Source: Candidatus Woesearchaeota archaeon (GTDB lineage Archaea; Nanobdellota; Nanobdellia; Woesearchaeales; B72-G16). Taken from it: a DNA stretch of 64,000 bases. The stretch is from NCBI GenBank assembly GCA_003650545.1, contig QMQO01000002.1:16485-80484 (forward strand), read 5' to 3'. Below the pieces are notes generated by a model. The model did not search any database. It was given only the letters and a program-made list of their open reading frames with translations, and was not told the origin of the DNA. Positions within the stretch are counted from its first letter, which is position 1. Every line of letters begins with the position of its first letter. The translations under genes were made by a program, and so were the position numbers. Shown piece by piece: positions 10,851 to 20,229 of this stretch.

Positions 10851-13445
10851 TTAATCTAATCTTAATTTTTCATTGAACACATTAATAAAATCAGCTTTCA
10901 TACCTTCATTATAGAATGGCATACCTATAAGTTTATAACTTTCATTTTCTGCTAAAATCTGTAATTGACAATTACCTTCAATCTCTTTCAAAAATTCTTC
11001 TTTCCATTCGTCTGTTTTTAACAAGTGAGTTCCCTTCGGTTCAATAAATAATTGATATTGAATTAGTTTTTGTTTCCCTTTTTCTTTCAGGAATAAAACA
11101 AAATCCGGCTCTGTCGGCCTTCCGTCTGAGAATCTGTATAGCTTGAATAAATTGGCGTTCCTAACAAGATAAATCTCCGAATATTTTTTGCTTAATTTAT
11201 CCATCACTCCATGCAAAAACTGAATAAAGTGCTTTTCTTCGGATGTTCCGTAATTTTCGTTATAAACATACCATTTCTTATCAGATAAATTTAATCTTAG
11301 ATTCTCTTTTGTTGTTTCACTCATTGCGATACCGAATTCTTGGTCTGAATAATCACCTACATTAATGTTTAATGTCTTATCTTTTACAACATCTTTAATT
11401 CTGTGCTGAACAAATAATTTTGTTCCTTTATAATCTGTATAACCAGCTCTTATTTGTGATTCTAATTGTTTGAGGATGTTTAAACATACTTCAAGTTTAT
11501 CATCAGGGCTTAAATTGTCCAGTCTTGTTTTTGAGCTTCTTATATCTACTTTTATTTGTTTTAATGATTCAATGAATTCATTAATTGAGTTTAACTTTGG
11601 GAAATACTTTTTAAGATTGTCAAATTTATAAAAGTCAAGTTTTGAGAGTGCTTTTCTTAGTACAGCTTCATTAAAACTCTTTAATTCAAATGGTTTAGTT
11701 ATTCTATCTTCTTCTGCTTTTATTTCATCTACAAAAATAGTTCTGTCTTGTGTAAAACCACTTCTTAAATTAAATGGACCGAAATTTTTTGAAACATCAA
11801 TATCGCTTATATCTTTTATTCTTGACCTGTCAGCTTCAACTCTTTGGTTAATGAAAATAAAACCTTTTTTCCAGAAGTCAGTTTTTTTAATATCTTCTTT
11901 AACTTTGAGATGAATTATTTTTGGTTCTTGCGGCGGCATTATTCCAGTGTCCCTTAGAGCAGTTTTTAATTCCTGAATATATCTTGGATTATGTGTGCTA
12001 TGATAATACAACTCTTCAATAATCTTCAAATCATTTTCCAAATCCTGATCAAATTTTCTTCTGAATTTATCTTGTTCATCATTTAGTTTAAATGGAAAAT
12101 ATCTTGCTCCTCTTCCTATCAGCTGGGCTTCAGCTATTGTTGTTTTTCCCGGCCTGTTTCCTTTGCTGTCTCTTGTATCGTATAATCTAACAATATCAAA
12201 TAAGTTTAGAACATCCCAACCTTCATTTAGCATATCAACAGCAAAAATAGCTCTTATCTCATTGTTTTTATCTTCAAGAGAATTTAGTTTTAATTGTTTT
12301 TCCTCATCGATATTATTTGAATCAAGGAGCATACATTTCTCTTCTGAAAAATCTTCTTTTAATTCTGTAACTAAGTTATCAAATGATATTTTTTCTTTCT
12401 CAAAATATTCAAATGCTTTCTGTAAAACACTTCCATTTGCTTGTGATTTTATTCTTTGAATATCTCTTATAGTTAAATTTCGTATTTTTTCAAGAAATTC
12501 CTCATAATTTTTTTCAGATTCTTTTATTGTTTTTGATTTAAACAAAATTACCGGTTTTAAATGGACTTTATTTTTTTCTGCTATTTTCCTTCTGTATTGG
12601 CTTAAAATCATTGCTTGAAGCATTCTGTCAAGATTATCCAAATCTGCTTGTAAAACTTTTACTTCTTTTGAATATCCATCTTGTCTAAATTCTTTTAATG
12701 TGTATTCAAAAATAATCTTATTTTGATATTTCTCATAAATAGCAGGATTATCCAAATCAACGGTTGCAGTGTATTCCAGCATTATGTTTTCTGTATTTGA
12801 GTTAAAAATATTGTTTACTGTATGCTCCCATGTGGTTTTGGCTATCGTTTCCTCTTTTCCTAACTTATTTTTTGTCCATGCGTTTATGTGATGAGCTTCA
12901 TCTGAGATTATGACTATTTTTTTGTCTTTAAAATCTTCATAAGTTAAACTATTCTCTTTTGGCATATTCATATTAGAATGAAGCCCCTGAATTGTCGTGA
13001 AAAGAATATTTATGTCATGATTATTTGATGTTTCAAAATTATTAACTTCGTTTATTTTTACTTCCTTATCCTCAAACTTGATTTTTTCATTAAAGAGATA
13101 TTTTGATGAATTAGGATTAAGAAAATTATCTTTTGTTTTTTCTATGATGTTAGTGCTGTTTACGAAAAACAAGAAGTTTCTGTATCCTTTATTGTAAAGA
13201 TAGAGTATATTTGCGGCCATTAAAAGAGTTTTTCCTGAACCTGTTGCCATGTGAAACAAAAGCTGAGAAGGTTTTATTCTTTGAGGATAATTTTCAAGAT
13301 AATCAATAAAACGAGCTATTGCTTCTTTTTGGTATTCTCTTAATTCAAAAGCAGGATTTAAATTATGGATTATAAACTTCGGGATTTCCTTGTTTAATCT
13401 TCCAAGTTTTGAGAGTGTATCATAATCCTGCCTTAGAGTAGTCAT
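10851..13445 (-). CDS. res: Type III restriction enzyme Res subunit (SF2 helicase + C-terminal PD-(D/E)XK nuclease)
   Basis: Motif I MATGSGKTLLMAA, motif II IISDEAHH, motif VI QLIGRGARY. C-terminal FIEPKGTHL (ExK nuclease motif). Length 864 aa. Confidence 0.8.
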   Translation of the reverse strand: MTTLRQDYDTLSKLGRLNKEIPKFIIHNLNPAFELREYQKEAIARFIDYLENYPQRIKPSQLLFHMATGSGKTLLMAANILYLYNKGYRNFLFFVNSTNIIEKTKDNFLNPNSSKYLFNEKIKFEDKEVKINEVNNFETSNNHDINILFTTIQGLHSNMNMPKENSLTYEDFKDKKIVIISDEAHHINAWTKNKLGKEETIAKTTWEHTVNNIFNSNTENIMLEYTATVDLDNPAIYEKYQNKIIFEYTLKEFRQDGYSKEVKVLQADLDNLDRMLQAMILSQYRRKIAEKNKVHLKPVILFKSKTIKESEKNYEEFLEKIRNLTIRDIQRIKSQANGSVLQKAFEYFEKEKISFDNLVTELKEDFSEEKCMLLDSNNIDEEKQLKLNSLEDKNNEIRAIFAVDMLNEGWDVLNLFDIVRLYDTRDSKGNRPGKTTIAEAQLIGRGARYFPFKLNDEQDKFRRKFDQDLENDLKIIEELYYHSTHNPRYIQELKTALRDTGIMPPQEPKIIHLKVKEDIKKTDFWKKGFIFINQRVEADRSRIKDISDIDVSKNFGPFNLRSGFTQDRTIFVDEIKAEEDRITKPFELKSFNEAVLRKALSKLDFYKFDNLKKYFPKLNSINEFIESLKQIKVDIRSSKTRLDNLSPDDKLEVCLNILKQLESQIRAGYTDYKGTKLFVQHRIKDVVKDKTLNINVGDYSDQEFGIAMSETTKENLRLNLSDKKWYVYNENYGTSEEKHFIQFLHGVMDKLSKKYSEIYLVRNANLFKLYRFSDGRPTEPDFVLFLKEKGKQKLIQYQLFIEPKGTHLLKTDEWKEEFLKEIEGNCQLQILAENESYKLIGMPFYNEGMKADFINVFNEKLRLD

Positions 13446-14069
13446 TTACAACCCTCCTGCAATTGCTTGAGCAATTAAGTTCGTTAAAACATTTAATGGG
13501 ACTTGTCTCAAAAAATCTCTTCCTTTTTGTTTAAGTTCATTCAATAAAGCATTTATTTTAGATTTCTGGATGTTGTCTTTTTTTGTCTCTTCTTCTATCT
13601 CTTTTATTATCCTTTTTATTTGCTCTTTATTTTGAAAATTATTTTTATCTAAAATATTATGAACATCACTAAATGAGGTTATGGTGATATTCATTTGATT
13701 AAGATTTTGATTTAAGTTGGTGTTTGTTATATTTATGTTAGGAACAGGAGAGTCTATATTTACTTCTTTATTTTTATCAAATTTTCCTAATTCATAATTA
13801 TCCTTTATTATTTGAATACCACCTAAACAAGATTCTATATCTCTGTCATAAAAAGCAAATTCTTCAGCAGGTGCGAAATAAAATGGATAAAAAATACCTT
13901 GAAAAAGTTTTTTTATTTCTTGTTCTGAATAAAGTTCTACAATTATACTTTTAATTTTTCCTCGTATCGCATACATTAAATCTTGATTTTCTTTTGAAGG
14001 TCTATTTTTTATTTCATTAAGTTGATTTTCATAATCTTCAAGTTTGGATATTACTTTTTGAATATCCAT
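13446..14069 (-). CDS. hypothetical Asn/Lys-rich coiled-coil protein inserted between mod and res
   Basis: Start refined to MDIQKVISKL with a ggaggt SD 8 nt upstream. The mod stop TAA is 1 nt before this ATG. The gene abuts the res start. Confidence 0.5.
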   Translation of the reverse strand: MDIQKVISKLEDYENQLNEIKNRPSKENQDLMYAIRGKIKSIIVELYSEQEIKKLFQGIFYPFYFAPAEEFAFYDRDIESCLGGIQIIKDNYELGKFDKNKEVNIDSPVPNINITNTNLNQNLNQMNITITSFSDVHNILDKNNFQNKEQIKRIIKEIEEETKKDNIQKSKINALLNELKQKGRDFLRQVPLNVLTNLIAQAIAGGL

Positions 14070-14070
14070 T

Positions 14071-16047
14071 TTATAAACCTCCATAAAATTTTTTATTAAG
14101 CTCAACATCCTCTTTGCTTATTTTATATTGCTTGTCTTCTATTTCGCTGTAATTGGTATATAGGTTATTTGCATCAAGACATTCAATAAGAAGTTTCTTC
14201 TGTTCTTCTGCTGATAATTTCTTAAAGTCTTCAATATTTTCGTCAAAAAGTTTAGGATCTACACGATAACTCAAAAATGCGTGTTGCTTCATATCTTCCC
14301 AGATTTTAAGAAGCTCTTTTGTATCTTTTGCTTTCTTAATCTTCCGGACAAATCCTTCATTAAGTTCTTTTAGCTCCATATAAACAAAATCTCCACCGCC
14401 CTTCCAACCAACAGCTTTTGAGATGCCTGTTTGATCTCCATTGATTACATTTTTCAATCTCACAACAGCACTATTCTCTCCATAATCCAATTGCTCAACA
14501 CCAATATATTGTCTGCCCATTTTGTGAGCTACTGCACAAGTTGTTCCGGATCCTAAATGGTAATCTAAAACTATATCTCCTTCTTTTGTAGCCATGTCTA
14601 ATATCTTTTTCATTAATTTTTCTGGTTTTTTACCCGCTTTTAGTTCAACATTCCCTTCTTTAGCTATTCCTTGATGTAAATTTTCTACCCAGAGATTGTC
14701 ATTTTTAATTAATTTCAATACACTTTTTCCTTCATTACTTTTAATTGCACTATCCCTTAACCATACAATTAATGAACCATCTAAGAAATAATACCTATAA
14801 ATTTGTCCAGCAGATTTACCTTTTGTAGGAATGTATTCAATAGAGTAAAGACCTCTTTTTGGAATATGAGGCATTATTCTCTGCATTAAACCCCCTTGTG
14901 GATTAGTAGTTCTAAAAATCTTCTCAAAATACTTATAATAATTTTCATCAGTTCTATCTTTTGTTAGTAATGTTTCAACATTAAAATTTTCATGCTTGAA
15001 AACTTTTATTTTACCAACATTTCCACCGTTTATATCTTTAACATAGTTCTCCTTACCAAAATCTGTTAAAATTTTATTATACACCCTTTTGAAATTATCT
15101 CCTAGTTCTCCTTCAGCAAACGGTTTATAATTTTCAATTTTACTGCTATCTTTAGCATAAATTAGAATATACTCACAAATATCAAATAAGAAACTTTCTT
15201 GCCCTACACCCCCTCCTGCTTTTGCTTTTAGGGTTATCATCGTCAAAAAGTTCTCTCTACCAAATATCTCATCCATTAGCACTTTTAGATATGCTTGCTC
15301 TCTGTTATCAATCTGAACAAAAATAACCCCATCATCCCTTAACAAGTCTCTCGCAACTTCTAACCTGTTCTTCATAAAAGTTAGCCAAGTGGAATGATTA
15401 AAATTATCATTATACTTAAACTCATCATTTCCTGTATTATACGGTGGATCAATATAAATCAGCTTTACTTTTCCGGCAAATCTTTTCTTTAAAGAATGTA
15501 AAACCAAAAGATTATTTCCTTTTATGATTAAGTTGTCTGTTGGTTTGATTTCTTTGACTTTATGCTCTCCTTTGGCGTCAATTCTTTTAAAGTTTGTAAA
15601 TACTTTTGGGTCTAATAATCTATCAATTTCATCCGGAGCAAGAATTTCATTGTGAAAAATCTCTTTTCTTTTTTCGTCAGATTTCTCTTGTCCACCTTCT
15701 AATATACAATCTTTGTATGGCCAAGCTAAAACAACTTCTTTACTTTTTGAGATATATCGGTCATCATCCGTAATTAAACCAATTTTGTTTTTAAAAGCAG
15801 TGTAAGAATCAGGCAGGAACTCTTTATTATCAACAAATTTCATGAATTTTTCTTTGTCAAAAATTAATGTCCCTTCAACTTCAGTGAAAAAATGCTCCTT
15901 AATTTTTTTGTTGGTCAGAAGAAGCTTGATCAAATCTTTATCTAATTTTAATGCCAACTCTACAATCCTATTTTTTAACAATTCCCCATCAGATACCAAT
16001 CTTTCATCTTTTTTTAAAAGTGATTTTAATTCATCTAAAAGTGTCAT
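14071..16047 (-). CDS. mod: Type III R-M Mod subunit (beta-class N6-adenine/N4-cytosine DNA methyltransferase)
   Basis: Motif IV LIYIDPPYNTGND precedes motif I DYHLGSGTTCAVAHKMGRQYIGVE. Length 658 aa. Confidence 0.8.
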   Translation of the reverse strand: MTLLDELKSLLKKDERLVSDGELLKNRIVELALKLDKDLIKLLLTNKKIKEHFFTEVEGTLIFDKEKFMKFVDNKEFLPDSYTAFKNKIGLITDDDRYISKSKEVVLAWPYKDCILEGGQEKSDEKRKEIFHNEILAPDEIDRLLDPKVFTNFKRIDAKGEHKVKEIKPTDNLIIKGNNLLVLHSLKKRFAGKVKLIYIDPPYNTGNDEFKYNDNFNHSTWLTFMKNRLEVARDLLRDDGVIFVQIDNREQAYLKVLMDEIFGRENFLTMITLKAKAGGGVGQESFLFDICEYILIYAKDSSKIENYKPFAEGELGDNFKRVYNKILTDFGKENYVKDINGGNVGKIKVFKHENFNVETLLTKDRTDENYYKYFEKIFRTTNPQGGLMQRIMPHIPKRGLYSIEYIPTKGKSAGQIYRYYFLDGSLIVWLRDSAIKSNEGKSVLKLIKNDNLWVENLHQGIAKEGNVELKAGKKPEKLMKKILDMATKEGDIVLDYHLGSGTTCAVAHKMGRQYIGVEQLDYGENSAVVRLKNVINGDQTGISKAVGWKGGGDFVYMELKELNEGFVRKIKKAKDTKELLKIWEDMKQHAFLSYRVDPKLFDENIEDFKKLSAEEQKKLLIECLDANNLYTNYSEIEDKQYKISKEDVELNKKFYGGL

Positions 16048-16187
16048 TTTTCATCCTCCTCTTTAAGCTGTTCTTCCATCATTATTTCAAACTGTCTTGA
16101 TATTAATAAACCCTTTTTCTTGCAGAAATTTCTATATTTATCATATAATTCTGAATTAACCCTTAAAGTGATATTTTTTGATTCCAT
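16044..16187 (-). CDS. small ribbon-helix-helix (CopG-like) protein, putative controller of the R-M operon; not in supplied ORF track
   Basis: Minus-strand translation MESKNITLRVNSELYDKYRNFCKKKGLLISRQFEIMMEEQLKEEDEK (47 aa). Its stop overlaps the mod start codon (ATGA). The beta-strand ITLRV plus two helices fit an RHH fold. Confidence 0.5.
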   Translation of the reverse strand: MESKNITLRVNSELYDKYRNFCKKKGLLISRQFEIMMEEQLKEEDEK

Positions 16188-16205
16188 TTTGCACCCCTTT
16201 TTATT

Positions 16206-16231
16206 ACAAATATATTCATTTGTATATAAAT
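16206..16231. promoter_or_regulatory. near-palindrome acaaatatattcatttgt overlapping a TATA-like box upstream of the RHH gene (candidate operator/promoter)
   Basis: Outer 6+6 bp inverted repeat ACAAAT...ATTTGT read directly. TATA tatataaata lies about 35-44 nt upstream of the minus-strand ATG. Confidence 0.35.
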
Positions 16232-16469
16232 ATTTCTATCCTAATGTTCTTTTTCAGAAAAAGAACCAAAAACAGCCCCCTCTCTCGTCTTTCAGACATG
16301 CTCAAAAATGGAACATTTTTGGCATCCTAAAAATCTTTGATTTTTATGATATTGCCTGCTACGCAGTTATTGATATCAAAGTAAGTAAAAACTACGGCAC
16401 CTATCTGATTTTCGGCAGTAAGAAAACTCAAAAATTTAATGTTCCTTGCGGAACTTAAATTTTTGGATT

Positions 16470-16640
16470 TGCTAACGCAAATCTCGGCTAACACGCATTA
16501 AGCGGGAAATTAGCCTAACCACACCCGCCCCTAATTTCCCCAAATTTTGAGTCCAGCTCTGTTCCGCTCAGGTTTTGTGGGTTGCCTCAAAACCTTCGCT
16601 CCACGAGGGACTCAAAACTTCGCTTAATGCGATATGTTAA
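16470..16640. repeat. structured repeat element, copy 2
   Basis: Enclosing stem acgcattaagcg / cgcttaatgcg. Hairpin A gggaaattag...ctaatttccc. Linker ccaaat. Hairpin B gagtcc...gggactc. Linker cttcg. 3-prime atatgtta. Confidence 0.65.
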
Positions 16641-16682
16641 TTGCAATTCAGAAATCAGCCTAGAAAGTTTAGGGGGCAAAAT

Positions 16683-17195
16683 TTAAAAGTCTCTTGTAAT
16701 CTTATGTTCTTTAGAGAATTTTATTTCCAATTGGTCATAGAAGTCATTACAAGATTTTATTTTTTCTTCATCTGTCCTTTGAATTCCTTTCCTCTTTAAT
16801 TCAAGATATTCTTTCAGCCATTTCTCCCAAGCATTTTTAGCTTCAGGATTCTCTTTAAAGTATCTTCTTAAAGTTTGCTTAATCTCTTTAGCAACTCCCT
16901 GTGGGTCAAAAAGTATTTTTTCCTCTAAATATGGATATGACAAGAACGGATACTTTTTGATACGATTAAGCAATTTCTTTTTTGGCCAGAATTCAAAGTC
17001 CACTTTAATTCCATAACGATATTCATGAGTATCTTTATATCGTCCACCATCATAAATAATCTCAATATCAACATCTGAATCTTTATGAGCTGTTCCTCTC
17101 GCTATACTTCCAAAAAGTAAGATACTCACTACTTTTGGATCTTTCTTCTTCTCTTCTATGACCTCTTTTATTATTTTTCTATGAATACTTAGCAT
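16683..17195 (-). CDS. minimal nucleotidyltransferase (Pol-beta superfamily)
   Basis: LFGSIARGTAHKDSDVDIEII gives the GS-x9-DxD NTase signature. Flanked by inverted copies of ttagggggcaaaat. Confidence 0.7.
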   Translation of the reverse strand: MLSIHRKIIKEVIEEKKKDPKVVSILLFGSIARGTAHKDSDVDIEIIYDGGRYKDTHEYRYGIKVDFEFWPKKKLLNRIKKYPFLSYPYLEEKILFDPQGVAKEIKQTLRRYFKENPEAKNAWEKWLKEYLELKRKGIQRTDEEKIKSCNDFYDQLEIKFSKEHKITRDF

Positions 17196-17294
17196 ATAGG
17201 AATAAATAAAATTCTTAGAATATAAATTTTGCCCCTTAATTGTTTTGTTTGATGTATCGCTTCGCTCATAAGATGACGGCTGATTTCTGAACTC

Positions 17295-17440
17295 ACTTCG
17301 CTACGCTTCGTGCCACGCTGCGCTCTCGCCTTCGGCTCGGGGCAATTAACAGGAATTTAACGGAAAAATGCTCAGCTCGCATTTTTCCCAAATCGTTCGC
17401 TACGCTCACGACTTCGTTAAATTCCAATGTTATGCTCAAT
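17295..17440. repeat. structured repeat element, copy 3
   Basis: Enclosing stem ggaatttaacgg / cgttaaattcc. Hairpin A ggaaaaatgc-tcagctc-gcatttttcc. Linker cccaaat. 3-prime aatgttatgctcaat. Upstream about 55 bp is alignable with copy 4. Confidence 0.65.
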
Positions 17441-17499
17441 CCGCCCGCTCGCCTCTTTTCAGAAAGAATTAAATATAATTGTTCTAAACTATTATTATT

Positions 17500-18327
17500 A
17501 TGATGAGATTCAAAAAGATTGTTTTGTATGATTTGAGGTCAAAACCTCTTGAAAAAGAATTTGTTGATAAACTAAAACAGTTTGCAGAATCTATAAAGGT
17601 TGTTTTTGCTAAAGGAGAATATCTAAAAGTTTTGAAATTGTCAGATTTGGAAGATGCTGATGCTTTAATCACACGCATCTTTGATTATTATGATGATTCA
17701 TTATTTGAAAATTCAAATTTGAGATATATTGGTGCAATGCATACTGATGTTTCACACTTTAATATTCAACTTCTTAATAGAAAAGGAATTACATTAACTA
17801 ATATTCCTGGCTATGCTACTGAAGCAGTAGCTGAATTAACAATTTCTGCATTGCTTAATATTTCTAGACAAACTCATGACGCAATGAATTTTGTTAAACA
17901 AGGCAACTGGGGTTTTGAAAAGTTTTTGGGCTGGGAATTGGGAGGAAAGACCTTGGGAATAATTGGCTTAGGAAGAATAGGAAGCAGAGTTGCAGAAATT
18001 GCTCAGGGATTTGGAATGAATATTATTTATTATTCTAAAGAGGAAAAAGACGTTTCTTATAAATTTGTTGAATTGGACAATTTATTAAAGCAAAGCGATG
18101 TTGTAAGTTTGCATTGTAATTTAACTGATGAAACAAAAAATATCTTAAATAAAAAAAATCTGAAATTAATGAAGCAAGGAGCTGTTTTACTTAATTCTGC
18201 TAGAATGGAATTAGTTGATTTAGAAGCTTTATATGAACTTTGTAAAGAAAGAAAGATTTTTGTTTGGTTTGATGAACTTCAGGATGCCTTCTCTCTTCTT
18301 ATTTGTGAGATAATCTCTATTGTATAA
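17500..18327 (+). CDS. D-isomer-specific 2-hydroxyacid dehydrogenase family protein, apparently C-terminally truncated
   Basis: NAD-binding GIIGLGRIGSRVAEIA. The ORF ends after the NAD domain at ...KIFVWFDELQDAFSLLICEIISIV without the usual C-terminal catalytic His segment. Repeat element copy 4 lies immediately downstream. Confidence 0.6.
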   Translation: MMRFKKIVLYDLRSKPLEKEFVDKLKQFAESIKVVFAKGEYLKVLKLSDLEDADALITRIFDYYDDSLFENSNLRYIGAMHTDVSHFNIQLLNRKGITLTNIPGYATEAVAELTISALLNISRQTHDAMNFVKQGNWGFEKFLGWELGGKTLGIIGLGRIGSRVAEIAQGFGMNIIYYSKEEKDVSYKFVELDNLLKQSDVVSLHCNLTDETKNILNKKNLKLMKQGAVLLNSARMELVDLEALYELCKERKIFVWFDELQDAFSLLICEIISIV

Positions 18328-18514
18328 CAGCCATGCACTACACCAAATAATCTTATCATCTTACCCCTCTCAAAAAAATATCTAAGATTTATTCACTTCT
18401 TAATTTTTTGGAATAATGTCAATCTTAAAAACCTTTCGGAATAGAGGGAGTTCCTGACTCTAAATTTAGTCTGCCTTCGGCAGTTATTTAATATTAAAGT
18501 GAAAATTCGACTCT

Positions 18515-18661
18515 CTCCGCTTCGCTCCGAGCCACGCTACGCGCTCTCGCCTACAGCTCGGGTCGGCTAACAGGCATTATCCGAGAAATCCCTCGGCTCG
18601 GGATTTCTCCAAATTTTTGCTAACGCAAAAACTTCGGATAATGCCATATGTTATGCTCAAT
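18515..18661. repeat. structured repeat element, copy 4
   Basis: Enclosing stem ggcattatccgag / ctcggataatgcc. Hairpin A gagaaatccc-tcggctc-gggatttctc. Linker ccaaat. Hairpin B ttttgc-taac-gcaaaa. Linker cttcg. 3-prime atatgttatgctcaat. Confidence 0.65.
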
Positions 18662-18722
18662 AAAAAATCGGCTAAAAATAGAAAGGGTCGGCTCTTGAAA
18701 ATAGTCTCACTTCGTGAGAAAT

Positions 18723-19688
18723 TTATCTATTCAAAATGTAGGCTCTTGCTTTGCCCTCTTTAAATTCAAGAATTCCAGCAGCAGGTTTTAAGTTTCTACC
18801 AACATGGTCATAAACTGCTCCAGGATTGAAGTCAAGTCTATCTGATAATTCTCCCTGTTTAACAGGTTGCTCATCAGGAGTTATTAGTCCATATGCTTCA
18901 TGAATGTGTCCGCTCACAGCAAATTTAGAACCAATTGCTTTTCTAACTCTTGCTAAATCAACTCCGCCAACATTAATTCCTCTATCAATAACATCCAATC
19001 CTCTTTTTGTCCTGTATTTTTGAGGAATATGTGTTGCAATCAAAAGAGGTTTATCACATTGATATTGTTTTGCTAATTCTCCTAATCTTTCAAAATCTTC
19101 TCCATTTCTTAAATATCCATCTGGAACACAAAATCGAGAATTTGCATTTCCACCTAAAGCAACAATAGTCAAATCATCTAAATCAGCAACAGGAACTTTT
19201 TCCATATCTACAACATTTGAATATTTTGATGTCAAATGTTCTAATGCTTTGTCATAGGCTCTTTTTTGCTCGTGATTTCCTGGAACTGCTAAAACAAGTT
19301 TTCCTGTTGCAGCTACTGGCTCAACAACGCTTAAAATTTCATTAAAATCATCTTTTGCTCCTTCGTAATCCCCAAAAGAATGCGATAAATCTCCTGCTAA
19401 AAAATAAACATCAACACCTTCTTGATTTAGCTGATTTGCAAAAAATTGAGAATTTCCTTGATGAGCATGAAGATCAGCCATTACGCCTAATTTTATTTGT
19501 CCATCTCCTCTTGTTGCTTGACTAATAACTCCATCTTGAATTTGATATTCAATACCTTTAAGATTTATTGTTTTAGGAGAATCTGACTTTTTACTGCAAC
19601 CTGTCAAAGGCAATCCTGAAGCTACTGCTCCAGCAACTAAAGCCCCTCTTCCAAGCCATCCTAAAAACTCTCTTCTATTCATTCTCAT
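18723..19688 (-). CDS. calcineurin-like metallophosphoesterase, Tat-secreted lipoprotein
   Basis: MRMNRREFLGWLGRGALVAGAVASGLPLTGC (twin-arginine signal plus lipobox Cys). GDLSH and GNHE phosphoesterase motifs. Confidence 0.75.
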   Translation of the reverse strand: MRMNRREFLGWLGRGALVAGAVASGLPLTGCSKKSDSPKTINLKGIEYQIQDGVISQATRGDGQIKLGVMADLHAHQGNSQFFANQLNQEGVDVYFLAGDLSHSFGDYEGAKDDFNEILSVVEPVAATGKLVLAVPGNHEQKRAYDKALEHLTSKYSNVVDMEKVPVADLDDLTIVALGGNANSRFCVPDGYLRNGEDFERLGELAKQYQCDKPLLIATHIPQKYRTKRGLDVIDRGINVGGVDLARVRKAIGSKFAVSGHIHEAYGLITPDEQPVKQGELSDRLDFNPGAVYDHVGRNLKPAAGILEFKEGKARAYILNR

Positions 19689-19956
19689 ATAATATGGTTA
19701 AAACTACCCCTTTATAAATGTTTCGTCATTAGAAAGTAGTTATGACGGATTTTCAAAAAAGCGTCATAATGTCGCTGAAGAGTAAATAAGCCGAAAAGCC
19801 CGAATTTCAGGGTTTCAGGCTCTAAAACGCTAATTCTGAAAAAATGAGATGAAACAAGGCAATTTGACAACTTTCAGGAAAATCCACGAATTTTGGCCTT
19901 GATTTCTGGTGGAGAAGGGGAAGCCGAATCGATTGAGTTTGAGGAGGTGAACCCCA

Positions 19957-20229
19957 ATGAAAGACCTGCAAACGGTTGAGAAATTCCAGCAAGCCCAGGC
20001 AGAAAAATGGGCAAAGAAAGAGAAAGACATACACCTGCAAGTCTGCTTCAAGAAAGCAGTTGATGTTGAGATACACCTCATCCAAGGCGCACAAGCCCTA
20101 GATGAGTCAGAAATCACAGCAAGAATTCTGAAGCGAGCAGAGTATTATTTCCTGGGCTATGAGAAGCTGAAAAGCAAACTCATTGACGGAATTTCTGAGG
20201 AGGCGGATCAGGATGAGCCAAGCAGATGA
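19957..20229 (+). CDS. hypothetical protein (first gene of viral block)
   Basis: ORF with gaggaggtga SD. Confidence 0.4.
   Translation: MKDLQTVEKFQQAQAEKWAKKEKDIHLQVCFKKAVDVEIHLIQGAQALDESEITARILKRAEYYFLGYEKLKSKLIDGISEEADQDEPSR

Noticed and set aside
19700-19960. tRNA gene as provirus attachment site at the left border
   Set aside because: No GC-rich cloverleaf-like segment, acceptor-stem pairing or conserved T-loop (GTTC) was seen in this or the right-border intergenic region.
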